Shown here: positions 40,336-51,527 of the stretch, piece after piece | Numbering within the stretch: position 1 is the first letter of the stretch | Layout: each line of letters starts with the position of its first letter | Assembly: GCA_019423565.1 (NCBI GenBank) | Contig: JAHZBE010000002.1 | Span: 18,563-82,562, forward strand | Length of the DNA: 64,000 nucleotides | Direction: 5' to 3' | DNA from: a bacterium | GTDB taxonomy: Bacteria; Bacillota_I; Bacilli_A; RF39; UBA660 | The notes under the pieces: model-generated | The model's database searches: none | The model's input: the letters and a program-made list of their open reading frames with translations, nothing else | Told to the model about the DNA's origin: nothing | Program-made: the position numbers and the translations under genes

Positions 40336-42159
40336 CTAACCAACGGTATGAATATTGCTTTTAAAAGTTGATTCATATTCCCAATTAATTAAATCAAAAG
40401 ATTTAAGTTTAACTTTTGTTGTGGCAGAATCACCTTGACTTAACGTTATAATATATTGATTACCTTTCTTTTCAATTAGATCAATATTACTAATATAATA
40501 AATGTTATTTGGTATTTGATTTTTGTATTCAACTTTTTCCCATTTTGTTCCTTTATCTTTTGTTATATACATGTATGGAAACTCATTCTGTTCATTATTA
40601 TATAATAAAACAATTCCATTATTTTCATCATACATTATAAAATCTTCTAATGTCTTCCTTGAACCATTTTCTGGCAACTCAATAGATTCCCAATCATTAC
40701 CACTATTTGTCGTTAAATATGCCTTTTTAAATTCCCCACTGCCCATTGTCCAATCAGAACCTAATGCAACATATCCAAAGTTTTGATTAGTAAATCCAAC
40801 TACCCTATGAGGTATATCTTTGTATATATCTTTATTTACAATATCAAAACTTTTTTCTTTCCAATTCAAACCATTATCTGTAGATATTTTTAATTTTGGA
40901 TCTTCTCCATAAAAATATGCAATAGGAACAAGTTCATTAGTTGAAATAAACCAACTACCATTTGGAAAAGAAATGTCTCTGTAAAAATTTAAAGTATCTT
41001 TTACTTCACTTGGTGAAATATCCGTTTTAATCCAATTATTACCATAATTTCTAGTAAATAATAATTCATTATTCGTATTTATAAAATAATCTGTTTCCAT
41101 ATTATATCCACTTTTTTTTATATCACCATCTACATTATCAAATACGTACTTGTAAACTTCATCAGCAATTATACTGCTGCCATCGCTAAGTGTAATAATT
41201 GAATAAATGCCTGGATTTACTTTTCCACCCTTACCCGATTTATAATCAATAAAAGATAGTGCCTTTACCTCTTTATTATCCCTCATATCAATAACACTTG
41301 TTTCATCAAAAAACTGATTATTTGGATAAATTGATACTTCATAATTTTTTAAGTTACTCATTTTTATTTGTTTTCTTAAAGGTATTTTTTTAATCTGATT
41401 ACTTATATATCTAATATTTAAACTCTTTGAATATTCATCGACTAAATGTTTATTAATTTCACAATCATTCTTATCTTTACAATTATCCACACTTTTATAG
41501 CCAAATTCTAAATTTTTATTTTCGTACCTATAATATCCATAACCAACATAATCATAGTTATCATCAAAGAAATTTATTGTAATTCCGAATTTCTTGATAT
41601 TTCCTTTTTTAGTTAATTGAATACTATAATCATTAATATTTGAATTATATTTTTTTATATCATTTGTTTTAGATATAATTTTTAACAACTCATCTAATCC
41701 TTTTTTTTCTAAATTGGATACTCCAAAAAATCCTATTTCATAATGATTATTACCCTCTTTTATATTTGATGGATGATAATATATGTACCTTATTAAAAAA
41801 GTCAAAAATATAATTACTATAATAGAAACTATCATAATAGATAATTTTCTTATTTTATTTATTAATTCTTTTTTTCTTTGAATTTGATTTTGCTCTATTT
41901 TTTCGATTGTTTTGTCTATTTCTTTCTGGATATCAATTTTTTTATTTTTTCCTCTTTCGCCACATAATATTTCAGATACATCAGCATCTAATATTAAAGC
42001 TAACTTTTGTAAAATTGTTATATCTGGAAAACTAAGTCCCCTTTCCCATTTGCTCACTGCTTTATCAGTTACAAATAACTTATCTCCCAATTGTTGTTGA
42101 GTTAAACCTTTTTCTTTTCTAAGGGATGCTATAAATTTTCCAACCTTGTTATTATCCAT
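40336..42159 (-). CDS. XRE-family HTH regulator fused to a TM helix and extracytoplasmic BNR/Asp-box beta-propeller domain
   Basis: N-terminal LRKEKGLTQQQLGDKLFVTDKAVSKWERG (HTH_3); TM at about 100-125; C-terminal repeated S/T-x-D/N-x-G-x-x-W boxes (RNYGNNWIKT, TDNGLNWKEK, TNSGNDWESI, TKDKGTKWEKV). Confidence 0.6.
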   Translation of the reverse strand: MDNNKVGKFIASLRKEKGLTQQQLGDKLFVTDKAVSKWERGLSFPDITILQKLALILDADVSEILCGERGKNKKIDIQKEIDKTIEKIEQNQIQRKKELINKIRKLSIMIVSIIVIIFLTFLIRYIYYHPSNIKEGNNHYEIGFFGVSNLEKKGLDELLKIISKTNDIKKYNSNINDYSIQLTKKGNIKKFGITINFFDDNYDYVGYGYYRYENKNLEFGYKSVDNCKDKNDCEINKHLVDEYSKSLNIRYISNQIKKIPLRKQIKMSNLKNYEVSIYPNNQFFDETSVIDMRDNKEVKALSFIDYKSGKGGKVNPGIYSIITLSDGSSIIADEVYKYVFDNVDGDIKKSGYNMETDYFINTNNELLFTRNYGNNWIKTDISPSEVKDTLNFYRDISFPNGSWFISTNELVPIAYFYGEDPKLKISTDNGLNWKEKSFDIVNKDIYKDIPHRVVGFTNQNFGYVALGSDWTMGSGEFKKAYLTTNSGNDWESIELPENGSRKTLEDFIMYDENNGIVLLYNNEQNEFPYMYITKDKGTKWEKVEYKNQIPNNIYYISNIDLIEKKGNQYIITLSQGDSATTKVKLKSFDLINWEYESTFKSNIHTVG

Positions 42160-42355
42160 TACTTCTCACCTCAAAAACATTATACTATAAAAAAAACAAA
42201 TTTAATATCGACCAATAGTTTAGATAATAAATTTGTGATTTTTTAAACTTATCATGCAAATAATTTATGACTTTAAATTATAAATTTTGACAAAAAATTT
42301 ATTAAAAACTATTCGTAGCAGCAATAATATATTGTCATAAATTTTTATTAATATT

Positions 42356-44977
42356 TTAAATACTAATTTTATTTTTAATAATATTAATATCATCATTATT
42401 TCTAGTGACAAAATTTCCTACAATTTTATTCATACATTCAGGTGTCCAATATATTTTTAATTTTTCTTTTGCTCTTGTAATCGCAGTATAAAAGATGTTA
42501 TGACTTATAACATCACCTACTTCATCATTTATAACAATTTTAACTGATTTATATTCTAAACCCTGTGATTTATGAATTGAGGTTGCATAGGCAATAATAA
42601 ATGGTACTACACTATCCTTTTTATCCTCAACATCATCATCATAATTAGCATTAACACTAAAACAAATAATCGTTGATTTATCACTTCTTTCAATTATTTC
42701 TAATCCAACATATTGTGCATCGACATCAGAAATGAAAATATCCACACTTATTTCAAATGTTATTTTTTCTTCTGTTTTAGTTATTCCTGTTATCACACCC
42801 TTTAAATTATTGTATAAAACAGGATAGAATCTATTTAAATCATTAAACAAAATAGGATCATCTACTTTATAAGAATTTATTCCCCACTCATATCCGATAT
42901 TATTGTTATCTGATTGCAAATATCTATTAATGCTATTAATTCCATATGGTCCATCATAATTTAAACATAATATAATTTCATCTTTATCGTCCTTTTCAAA
43001 TATCTTTTCGTTTAAATTATATGACATATCATTATCTGCTAAATATTCAATTATATCATTATCAATATTTCTAACTTTTTGCCATAAATCTAATAAAACA
43101 GGATTTTTAGTTCTAAATGTTCCATCTAATTCTTTTATACAATTACCTGGTAACAAATCCTTGGCAAGCCTAAACCAATTACCAAATTTAATAGATTCTA
43201 TTTGATAAACATCACCCACTAACAATAATAAATTATAATTTTCGTTAGTACTTAACAATATATTCATATCATAATTATCTACAGTACTACACTCATCTAT
43301 AATTAATAGATCACATAGTTGTGGATTTCTTTTATACTTATCAATTGTCAAAAATTCAAAATTTTTATTATCAAGTCCTATCCTTCTTTTTAAATTTTCA
43401 ACTGCAGGATTCGTCTTTGCTAAAAATACAATTTTTCTGTATTCAAAAATACTAGAAATTATTTTAATAGTTTCCGTTTTTCCACATCCAGCAGAACCAT
43501 AAATTAAAGCAACTTTTGTATCCACAAACAATTCTTTACATATATCATATTTTTTTGAATCTGAAAATTCGTAATCTGTTAACATTTCCCAATCAGCGAA
43601 CATATTACTATAATCATCATATCCAAATTTTGTAAATTCATTTAATTTTTGCAAAATTGATATAGTTTCCTGTTCATAACCATTTATATATATATACTTA
43701 TCACTCTTAATAATTTTTCGACCTTCATGTCTAGGTAAATATAATTTTGAATTAAAAACATCTATTAGGTTATCCATATATTCTGACTCCAAATCAATAT
43801 CACTTATTTTTGTATATATTTTCCAAAAACTATCAGAGTTATAACTAAGTCTCCTAGAAAATAACTCATGTTCTCTACCATTACTCTCAATGCATTGTAA
43901 TAAATCACTTATATCAACTTTATGATTTGATAAAGACGATGCGTATGGCATTTCATCAAAAGGAATAGAACTCCAATTCAAATATAAATTAGACAACTTA
44001 TAATTTTCACTAGACATCAGTTGTGATTTTATGACAATATTGTTAAGAGTAAATAACATATACTTCAAAATATTAGCACTGGGCTTATTTTTTAAAATTA
44101 TATTTCTTGAAAGATTAAGCAAATTTAAAATGTAATTAGTTTTTGCACCTTTTATCATTTTCTCGCTAAATATGTTATATTGATTATCATTAAATTCAAC
44201 TATATCTAATAGGTTAAAATTATTACTCATTAAATATTTCATTAACAAATCATACTCTCCATATCTTGAAGAAATTTTATATTCTAATCCAAATATTTTA
44301 GCATAATTATTAAACTCACATGGTCTAATAGCAATCTTATAATTATCTATAATTTTAATATTTATTTTTTTACCAAACAAATTTATAGTTCTATCAACGC
44401 TAGAAATTTTAATAGCATAATTATCCATAATTTTAATTCTACTGTAAACAATTATTCTATTAAATTTATTTATATAATCTGTCGCATCAGATAGGGTAAC
44501 TTCATAAAATACATTTTTATTAATAATTATCGGTTTTACTTTTTTTACATAATATTGATTAGCTATTACACCTTTGTTTATATTAAAAGGAACTTTTTTC
44601 ACATGATTACAAATTTGAAAATAATAATTTTCCATGTTTTTCTCGATATTTAAAGGAAATGAATATAAGTTTTCCAAAATATCCATATTATACTTAATTT
44701 TCATAAATTTTTTTAGTTCAATTAAATAATTAAGATATTTTATTAATACTCTTGAAGAACCATCACCATTTGGTAGAGTATGCGATGTTGATATCTGCAA
44801 AAATCCATGCAAAGCTCTTAATTCTCTCATATTAGCACAACTTTTCATATATTTAACTGATAGTTTATTATTTTCGTGATTAAATTTTACATATCCTTTT
44901 ATTTTATCAGTAATATATACTCTAAAAAAACAATACTCAACTAAATATCTAAGATTACTTAATACATTTTTAGACAA
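42356..44977 (-). CDS. SF1 RecD/Pif1-like DNA helicase with about 480-aa N-terminal domain of unknown function
   Basis: C-terminal half: Walker A GSAGCGKTET, LLIIDECS (motif II), LLLVGDVYQ, YATSIHKSQGLEYKSV (motif VI-like); the N-terminal half has no recognisable motif. Confidence 0.65.
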   Translation of the reverse strand: MSKNVLSNLRYLVEYCFFRVYITDKIKGYVKFNHENNKLSVKYMKSCANMRELRALHGFLQISTSHTLPNGDGSSRVLIKYLNYLIELKKFMKIKYNMDILENLYSFPLNIEKNMENYYFQICNHVKKVPFNINKGVIANQYYVKKVKPIIINKNVFYEVTLSDATDYINKFNRIIVYSRIKIMDNYAIKISSVDRTINLFGKKINIKIIDNYKIAIRPCEFNNYAKIFGLEYKISSRYGEYDLLMKYLMSNNFNLLDIVEFNDNQYNIFSEKMIKGAKTNYILNLLNLSRNIILKNKPSANILKYMLFTLNNIVIKSQLMSSENYKLSNLYLNWSSIPFDEMPYASSLSNHKVDISDLLQCIESNGREHELFSRRLSYNSDSFWKIYTKISDIDLESEYMDNLIDVFNSKLYLPRHEGRKIIKSDKYIYINGYEQETISILQKLNEFTKFGYDDYSNMFADWEMLTDYEFSDSKKYDICKELFVDTKVALIYGSAGCGKTETIKIISSIFEYRKIVFLAKTNPAVENLKRRIGLDNKNFEFLTIDKYKRNPQLCDLLIIDECSTVDNYDMNILLSTNENYNLLLLVGDVYQIESIKFGNWFRLAKDLLPGNCIKELDGTFRTKNPVLLDLWQKVRNIDNDIIEYLADNDMSYNLNEKIFEKDDKDEIILCLNYDGPYGINSINRYLQSDNNNIGYEWGINSYKVDDPILFNDLNRFYPVLYNNLKGVITGITKTEEKITFEISVDIFISDVDAQYVGLEIIERSDKSTIICFSVNANYDDDVEDKKDSVVPFIIAYATSIHKSQGLEYKSVKIVINDEVGDVISHNIFYTAITRAKEKLKIYWTPECMNKIVGNFVTRNNDDINIIKNKISI

Positions 44978-45339
44978 ATAATCTCTATCATCTAAATTTT
45001 CTTCTATTATTCTATTTATAACATTATTTATATCATATATTTTAGAATCTATATAATTTAAAGCTTCATAACTTCCTTTTACAACTAGTACTAAATTTGT
45101 ATACTATTTTACCATAAATTTTTATTTTCTTACTAATCCAATAAGAAAATTTTCGATATTTCAAAAAAATATAATTTTTAAATCACCAATTATGGAATAA
45201 AAATTTCTTTAAAATTATACAATTATTAACAAATTCTAATTATATAATATAACTATTTTTTTGATAAAATTTAAATATTTCATTGCATAAAAAGAGTATT
45301 GATATAATTTCAATACTCTAATATAGTTAACATTTTTTA

Positions 45340-45918
45340 TTAGTTTTTAAAACCTAATCCATTAAAGAATTTAAGGTTCCCATCTTTACCAAAAGATGCA
45401 GTTACATTGCTGCTTCCATCTTCTGCTACCCAAACATATTTATTCCAAGAACTAACTTCAATAAGAGTTCCATCAACACCACCAACGGCTTTTTTAAATT
45501 CATCATAGCTAATTCCATCATTAATTCTTGCTTTTATGTCTGATAAGTTATCAAGTGTTACTTTTTTATTTTTTAATTCTTTTTTATCATATTCACTTTT
45601 TATAGATACTATTTTATCATTTGAAAATGAAACAGTAATTTTTTTATCATTACCAAAGTCATATTCATACTTATCAAGTGAAGTACTTTCAAGTTTAGTA
45701 GCTTCAAATCCTACTATACCATTTAATTCTTCTAATGTATTATCTAAAGACATCTTTGTTAAACATTCATAATATGAACATTTTGATTTTACAGTTTGTT
45801 CTGTACCACTTTTTACATTATCATTTTTTACATTTGTGTTTTCTTTTGTATTTGCACACCCTACAGTACAAATTAATACAAATAAACATGTTAACCCTAT
45901 TAAAATTTTATTTTTCAT
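45340..45918 (-). CDS. hypothetical lipoprotein
   Basis: Signal peptide with lipobox-like LICTVGC; 192 aa. Confidence 0.5.
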   Translation of the reverse strand: MKNKILIGLTCLFVLICTVGCANTKENTNVKNDNVKSGTEQTVKSKCSYYECLTKMSLDNTLEELNGIVGFEATKLESTSLDKYEYDFGNDKKITVSFSNDKIVSIKSEYDKKELKNKKVTLDNLSDIKARINDGISYDEFKKAVGGVDGTLIEVSSWNKYVWVAEDGSSNVTASFGKDGNLKFFNGLGFKN

Positions 45919-46092
45919 TTTTTCTCCTCCTAATTCAATTATAACCTATAATACATTAATTGTATACATATTTTAATATAAAAATTACACAGATATTTTA
46001 TATTAAATTATTTATCAAAAAAACTAGAGAATAATCTCTAGAATCACATATAAAACAGATGTAATATTTAACATGCACCAAATTTATTCTTT

Positions 46093-47835
46093 TTAATAAG
46101 AAAGATTACAAACTTTTTCTTTATTACTCATACACAAATTGTAATAATAACCTTGTTTTTTTATAAGTTCTTTATGTGTTCCAATTTCTACAATTTTTTT
46201 ATCTTCTATAAATACAATCAAATCAGCATTTTTAATAGTATTTAATCTATGTGCTATTACAAATGATATCTTATTCTCTAATATTTCCTTTGTAGCATTC
46301 ATTATATATTGTTCAAATTCCAAATCTAAATTTGATGTAACTTCATCAAGAATTACTATATCACCTTTTTTTAATATAGCTCTTGCAAAACTTAACAATT
46401 GTTTTTCACCATAAGATAATAAATCTGTTTCTGCAGTTATTATTGTATCGTATTTATTTTCAAATTGTTCTATTTTTTTATGGATACCAATTCTTTTACA
46501 AAGAGAAACAATATCTTGAAAAGTAACATTATCATTTCCATACATTAGATTTTCTTTTATAGACATGTTTAATATAACGGGTTCTTGAAAAACATATGAT
46601 ATATTTTTCCTAAGTTCACTAAGTTTATAATTTGTATAATCAATACCATTTATTAAGATTTTTCCATTCGTTAACTTATAGAATCTTGGTATTAAATTTA
46701 CAAAAGATGTTTTACCTGCACCGCTTTTTCCAACAATTGCAATTGTTTTAGGTTTATCTACTTTTAAATTAATATTATCCAATATTAAATTTTCTCCATC
46801 ATAACTTAATGACACATCTTTAAATTCTATTGAATCTATTTTGTTTAATTCTAATACTCCTTCATCAACTTCTTTTTCAATATTAACTATGTCTAATACA
46901 TTTAAAAATGCAATATACTTATTCAAAGCCCCATGCATATGATCCAAAACTCCATGCATATTACCATTAATATCATTTATATAATCCATCATTAAAATTA
47001 TTGTAGACCCACCACAAATTCCTATTAAAATTTTATTTCCACCAATCAACAATGTGATTATTGTAGAAAAAAACGATAATAAACTAAATAATGCAGTATG
47101 TAATCCTGAAATTTTACTTGTTTTAATAAAATCACTTTTTGATTTTTCTAATAATTTTTTTATATCATCTATATTTGTTTCCTCAAGTCTTAAAGTTTTT
47201 GTAGTTGAAAAACTATCAATATATTCATTAACCTTTTCTTGAAGATTAATTATAGTTTTTTGTAATTTTCTATATGTTTTCATGCTTTTATTATAAAAAG
47301 GTATTAACATTAAATATGATATTACAAATATAACTAAAACACTAAGAGCAATTTGCCAATCTAAAAAGAACATTATAATAAGTGTAACTATTATACTCTT
47401 TATTCTATATGCAAACAATCCTAAGAAATTCCATATGAATAATCGTGCAGATTCAAAACTTTGTGTAACAGTTAAACTAAATAATTTCCCTACCTGCATC
47501 TTATCAAGTACACTTATATCGCCATTCTGAATAGTACTAAAAATTTTGCTTTTTATTTGTTTATCATTATCAAAACATATAATACTTCTTTGCTTTTCTA
47601 AATATAAACTACCAAGAAAAATTCTAATCCATATGTATAAGATATATATAGAAGAAATTATAATTACCATTTTTACATTTTTATTTGGAATAAAATTGTC
47701 AATTGAGCTTGATAACACAAACTGATACACAAAAACAGGAGCAATTTGAAGCACTTCAAATATTGCTCTTTTAATAGTAGGTTTTTTATTTGTAGTGAAA
47801 TTAAGCATTTCTTTTAATTTTTGTTTATTAAACAT
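46093..47835 (-). CDS. ABC transporter ATP-binding/permease protein (exporter half-transporter)
   Basis: 6-TM domain plus NBD with Walker A GKSGAGKTS, signature LSYGEKQ, Walker B ILDE. Confidence 0.85.
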   Translation of the reverse strand: MFNKQKLKEMLNFTTNKKPTIKRAIFEVLQIAPVFVYQFVLSSSIDNFIPNKNVKMVIIISSIYILYIWIRIFLGSLYLEKQRSIICFDNDKQIKSKIFSTIQNGDISVLDKMQVGKLFSLTVTQSFESARLFIWNFLGLFAYRIKSIIVTLIIMFFLDWQIALSVLVIFVISYLMLIPFYNKSMKTYRKLQKTIINLQEKVNEYIDSFSTTKTLRLEETNIDDIKKLLEKSKSDFIKTSKISGLHTALFSLLSFFSTIITLLIGGNKILIGICGGSTIILMMDYINDINGNMHGVLDHMHGALNKYIAFLNVLDIVNIEKEVDEGVLELNKIDSIEFKDVSLSYDGENLILDNINLKVDKPKTIAIVGKSGAGKTSFVNLIPRFYKLTNGKILINGIDYTNYKLSELRKNISYVFQEPVILNMSIKENLMYGNDNVTFQDIVSLCKRIGIHKKIEQFENKYDTIITAETDLLSYGEKQLLSFARAILKKGDIVILDEVTSNLDLEFEQYIMNATKEILENKISFVIAHRLNTIKNADLIVFIEDKKIVEIGTHKELIKKQGYYYNLCMSNKEKVCNLSY

Positions 47836-47836
47836 A

Positions 47837-49606
47837 TTATTCTCCTATTTTATCTAAATTAATTTCGTATATTTTTCTATAATTTTCATTTTTTAGTAAT
47901 TCATCATGTGTTCCACATATCACTTTACCATTATTTATATAGATAATTTTTTCAAATTTTGGTGCCAATTCTATTTCATGTGAAATAAATATTTTACTAG
48001 AATCATCTTCTAATGTTAATAAATTTTCTAATATTTTTCGTTTATTTATTCTGTCTATTGCACTAAAAGAATCATCAAATATCATTATAGGTTTTGGTTT
48101 TGTATATGCTCTTACTAAAATTAATCGCTGTCTTTGTCCTTTTGATAAGGAAACCCCATTTTTACCTATTTGACTATCATATCCATCATTAAGTTTTTGA
48201 ACGTCTTTGTGGAATGAAAAAAAGTTTGATAATTCAATTATTTCTGGCATAGAAATACTTGGCATTAATATCTTTATATTCTCTGCAATTGTTCTTGAAA
48301 ATAAATAAGAATCTTGAAGTAAAAGGCACATATTTTCTCTAATAATTTTTTTATTTAAATCTTTTATCTCATAATTTCCAATTTTTATACTTCCATCATA
48401 TTCATAAAAACCAATTAAAGTTTTTAATAATATTGTTTTACCACTACCCGTACTACCAACAACCATAACCTTTTCACCTGGATTAATTACAAAATTTAGA
48501 TTACTCAATAAAATCTTTCCATTTATTTTTATATTAGCATTTTTAAATGTTATTGTAGTATCTCTAATTTCAATATTTTCATCACTTTTCTCATCTTCTA
48601 ATGTCAAATTTAATAGATTATTAAGTCTCTTGCAAGAAACAATACATAGATTAAAAACTTCTAATATTTCTGATAAATCAGTAAAAGATCTCGTTATTTT
48701 ATTTGCATAATTTATTGTTACATATATGCTTCCTATAGTTATAAAATTATTAACATACAAGATACTACTAATTATGAATATTACTGGAGTTTGAGTTTTT
48801 ACAACACTACTTGTTGATGCTTTATAAAAACTATCCAATACAATTTTTCTTTTATTCGCATCTAGATTATTATTATTTACTTTTTCAAATTTCTCTATTT
48901 CTTTTTCCTGTAAATTATTAATTTTCATAAATTTGATATTAGAATAATTATCATTTAATTTTGAATATAATTCTTTTTGTACCTTCATTTTATTTTCAAT
49001 TATTGGTTTTGATTTTATGTAATACCAAATAGACAATAAAATTATTATTAATATTGATACAAACATTACTAGCGATAGTCTTATATCTAAACTTGCTAAT
49101 TGGGCTATTGCAAATATAATTATTAAAGTTAAATCAAGTATATATGTAAGTTGTTTTTCTATAACATTGACTATATTGGCAACATCATCTGTTGAATTTT
49201 GAACTAATTCAGCAAGTGACTTTTTATAAAAATCTTGATATGTTAAATTTTGTATGTGATTAAATAATTTTAATTTTAATTCAAATTGAAATTCTTGAAT
49301 TATTTTATTTTTTGTAACATTTCTTACATATGTAAATAATATAATTACCCCTTTTATAAGTAAAACAAAAATACACATTATTGGTATAAATGATAATTTA
49401 CCATTAAATAAACTAATAAACAATTCTATAATATCATTATTTGTATTTTGTTTTAATAACACATCAATAAAATATTGTATAACAACAGGTATATATGTTA
49501 CTAAATAATTCAATGCAATACTCAACAAAAAAAACACTAATATTAATAACTTAGTATGTTTAAAACTTGATACAATAGCTTTCAATAACTTCATAAACTT
49601 CTCCAC
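47837..49606 (-). CDS. ABC transporter ATP-binding/permease protein (exporter half-transporter, partner)
   Basis: TMD plus NBD (GSTGSGKT, LSKGQRQR, IFDDSFSAID); 1-nt gap to partner gene. Confidence 0.85.
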   Translation of the reverse strand: MEKFMKLLKAIVSSFKHTKLLILVFFLLSIALNYLVTYIPVVIQYFIDVLLKQNTNNDIIELFISLFNGKLSFIPIMCIFVLLIKGVIILFTYVRNVTKNKIIQEFQFELKLKLFNHIQNLTYQDFYKKSLAELVQNSTDDVANIVNVIEKQLTYILDLTLIIIFAIAQLASLDIRLSLVMFVSILIIILLSIWYYIKSKPIIENKMKVQKELYSKLNDNYSNIKFMKINNLQEKEIEKFEKVNNNNLDANKRKIVLDSFYKASTSSVVKTQTPVIFIISSILYVNNFITIGSIYVTINYANKITRSFTDLSEILEVFNLCIVSCKRLNNLLNLTLEDEKSDENIEIRDTTITFKNANIKINGKILLSNLNFVINPGEKVMVVGSTGSGKTILLKTLIGFYEYDGSIKIGNYEIKDLNKKIIRENMCLLLQDSYLFSRTIAENIKILMPSISMPEIIELSNFFSFHKDVQKLNDGYDSQIGKNGVSLSKGQRQRLILVRAYTKPKPIMIFDDSFSAIDRINKRKILENLLTLEDDSSKIFISHEIELAPKFEKIIYINNGKVICGTHDELLKNENYRKIYEINLDKIGE

Positions 49607-49688
49607 ATTTTTATTTTTTTAAACAAAAGACCTGATACTTTCGTAGCAAGTCTATCTTAACGAACATATTGGTTCGACTAAATCTAAA

Positions 49689-49762
49689 TGGCAGGGGATG
49701 AGAGAATCGAACTCCCAACAAAAGTTTTGGAGACTCCTATTATACCATTTAACTAATCCCCT
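49689..49762 (-). tRNA. tRNA-Trp (anticodon CCA)
   Basis: Manual fold: acceptor AGGGGAT/ATCCCCT, anticodon arm GGAGT-CTCCAAA-ACTTT, T-arm GGGAGTTCGATTCTCTC, encoded CCA; close to B. subtilis tRNA-Trp. Confidence 0.75.
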
Positions 49763-49851
49763 AAATCGGACAAATTAATAATATCATATTTTTTTTATTT
49801 TATCAACTAATTTTGATACTCTTTTGCATATAATATATGGGAGGGTTTATT

Positions 49852-50280
49852 ATGGCTATTGTTGCATATAATACAAAAGAACTTGATTTACTTGCTAGAC
49901 TTATGAGAGCAGAAGCAACTGGTGAAGGTAATCTTGGAATGCTTATGGTTGGCAATGTTGGAATAAATAGAGTTATAGGAAACTGCTTAGATTTTAAAAA
50001 TATAACTAGTATTTATCAAATGGTATATCAAGATCCAGGAGGATTTTCTGGAACAGATAGTCCACTTTTTTATAGTTCATCTAGTACTGCTGAAAAAAAT
50101 CTTGCTAAAAGAGTAATAAATGGTGAATACTTTCATCCTGCGACTAATGCACTTTGGTTTTATGCACCAGGATCTGGTAATTCATGTAAACCAACATGGT
50201 TTAATCAAAAAAATAGTGGAAGATATAAAAATCATTGTTTTTATGTTCCTAAAAAAGGAGTTTGTAAAGACTTATACTAA
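49852..50280 (+). CDS. spore cortex-lytic enzyme family cell wall hydrolase (CwlJ/SleB-type Hydrolase_2 domain)
   Basis: Start at 49852 with GGGAGGG RBS; LLARLMRAEATGEG...MLMVGNVGINRV motif typical of SleB/CwlJ catalytic domain. Confidence 0.75.
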   Translation: MAIVAYNTKELDLLARLMRAEATGEGNLGMLMVGNVGINRVIGNCLDFKNITSIYQMVYQDPGGFSGTDSPLFYSSSSTAEKNLAKRVINGEYFHPATNALWFYAPGSGNSCKPTWFNQKNSGRYKNHCFYVPKKGVCKDLY

Positions 50281-50294
50281 AAATACCAATGCTT

Positions 50295-51515
50295 TTACAC
50301 ATTGGTATTCTTTTTTATTTGAAGTTCATCGCCAACTCTAAGTACATCTGATTTTAAGTTATTTAACTGTTTAATATCATTTATTGTTGTATTATAATCT
50401 CTAGCAAGTTTCCATAAACTATCCCCTCTTTTAACAGTATAAACTATAATACCATTACCTGTTTCAGTTCCAGTTGGAATAATAAGAACACTTCCTACAG
50501 TCAATATATCACTTGTTAAATTATTTTTGTTTTTAATATCATCTATACTAACATTAAATATTTTAGATATTGACCATAGTGTATCTCCATTTTTGACTAC
50601 ATAAGTATTTTCTTCATTAATTATATCATCTTCTGAAGGTGTTACTATAGTTGTAGAAGATGGTATATTTATAATTTGACCAATACTTAATAAATCACTA
50701 GTTAAATTATTAACTTTCATTAAATCATTAACATTAACTCCATATTGTCTTGCGATTGAATATAAACTATCTCCTCTTTTAACTACATATGATATATTTG
50801 TATCTTCTGCTTTATAATATTCCGGTACTCTTAAAGTTTGACCTACATATAAGATATTACTTTTTAAATTGTTTAATCTTTTTATTTCATTTACATTAGT
50901 ATTAAATTTTTTAGCAATATTCCATAAAGTATCTCCTTTTTGCACAGTATAAGTAATAGATGAACTACTTTCACCATATGGAATATTTTTATATTCAGCA
51001 ACTGCTTTTACAACTGCTTCAGCATATTTTTCCCAATTATTTTTTATTCTTTCTGCATCACCCTTATTATCAAGAAATCCATATTCAATAATTATTGGTT
51101 CTGTTACACCTGTATTCCTGTGGATAAAATAATAATCCTTACTATTATCACTTGGTAATCTTCTTTGATATGCTTTTCTTATAGATTGACCTTCTTTACT
51201 TAGATTTTCAAGTATTAATTTTGATAGTGTATCATTATTTCTAAGAGCGTATATAACTTCTGCTCCTGATGAGCCACCTGCATTTAAATGATTTGATATA
51301 ACAAGTACATCAGGTGAATTGCCATATGCGTTTAATATTCTGTTAACTCTTTCTGTTGGAGTTACTGTTTCATCAGTACTCCTAACAAGCGTAGAATTTG
51401 CACCTAATTCATTAAATCTTCTATTTAAATAATCAGCAAATTTTAAAGTATATTCCTTTTCAACAAGTCCATTTCCACTAGTTCCAGGATCACTTCCACC
51501 ATGGCGAGTACCCCT
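50295..51515 (-). pseudogene. Amidase_3 plus 3xLysM gene (paralog of 29816..31006) lacking its first ~7 codons and any start codon
   Basis: Frame is open from the TAA at 51516-51518 down to 50295 and encodes RGTRHGGSDPGTSGNGLVEKEYTL... (Amidase_3 starting at the conserved GG) then 3 LysM repeats. There is no Met, GTG or TTG in the 190-aa amidase part (first Met at 50945). The recombinase gene stop is 12 nt away. Confidence 0.6.
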
Positions 51516-51527
51516 TTAAACAAGGAA

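Noticed and set aside
44978-45339. 360-bp AT-rich non-coding gap upstream of the helicase, examined for a small RNA, CRISPR array or integrase fragment
   Set aside because: No repeats, no conserved structure and no open frame with a recognisable product. It is most simply a promoter or island junction region.
45735-45944. Plus-strand ORF with repeated HYHFLH motifs
   Set aside because: It overlaps the 5' end of the minus-strand lipoprotein gene and its promoter region. The repetitive translation reflects AT-rich sequence, not a real gene.
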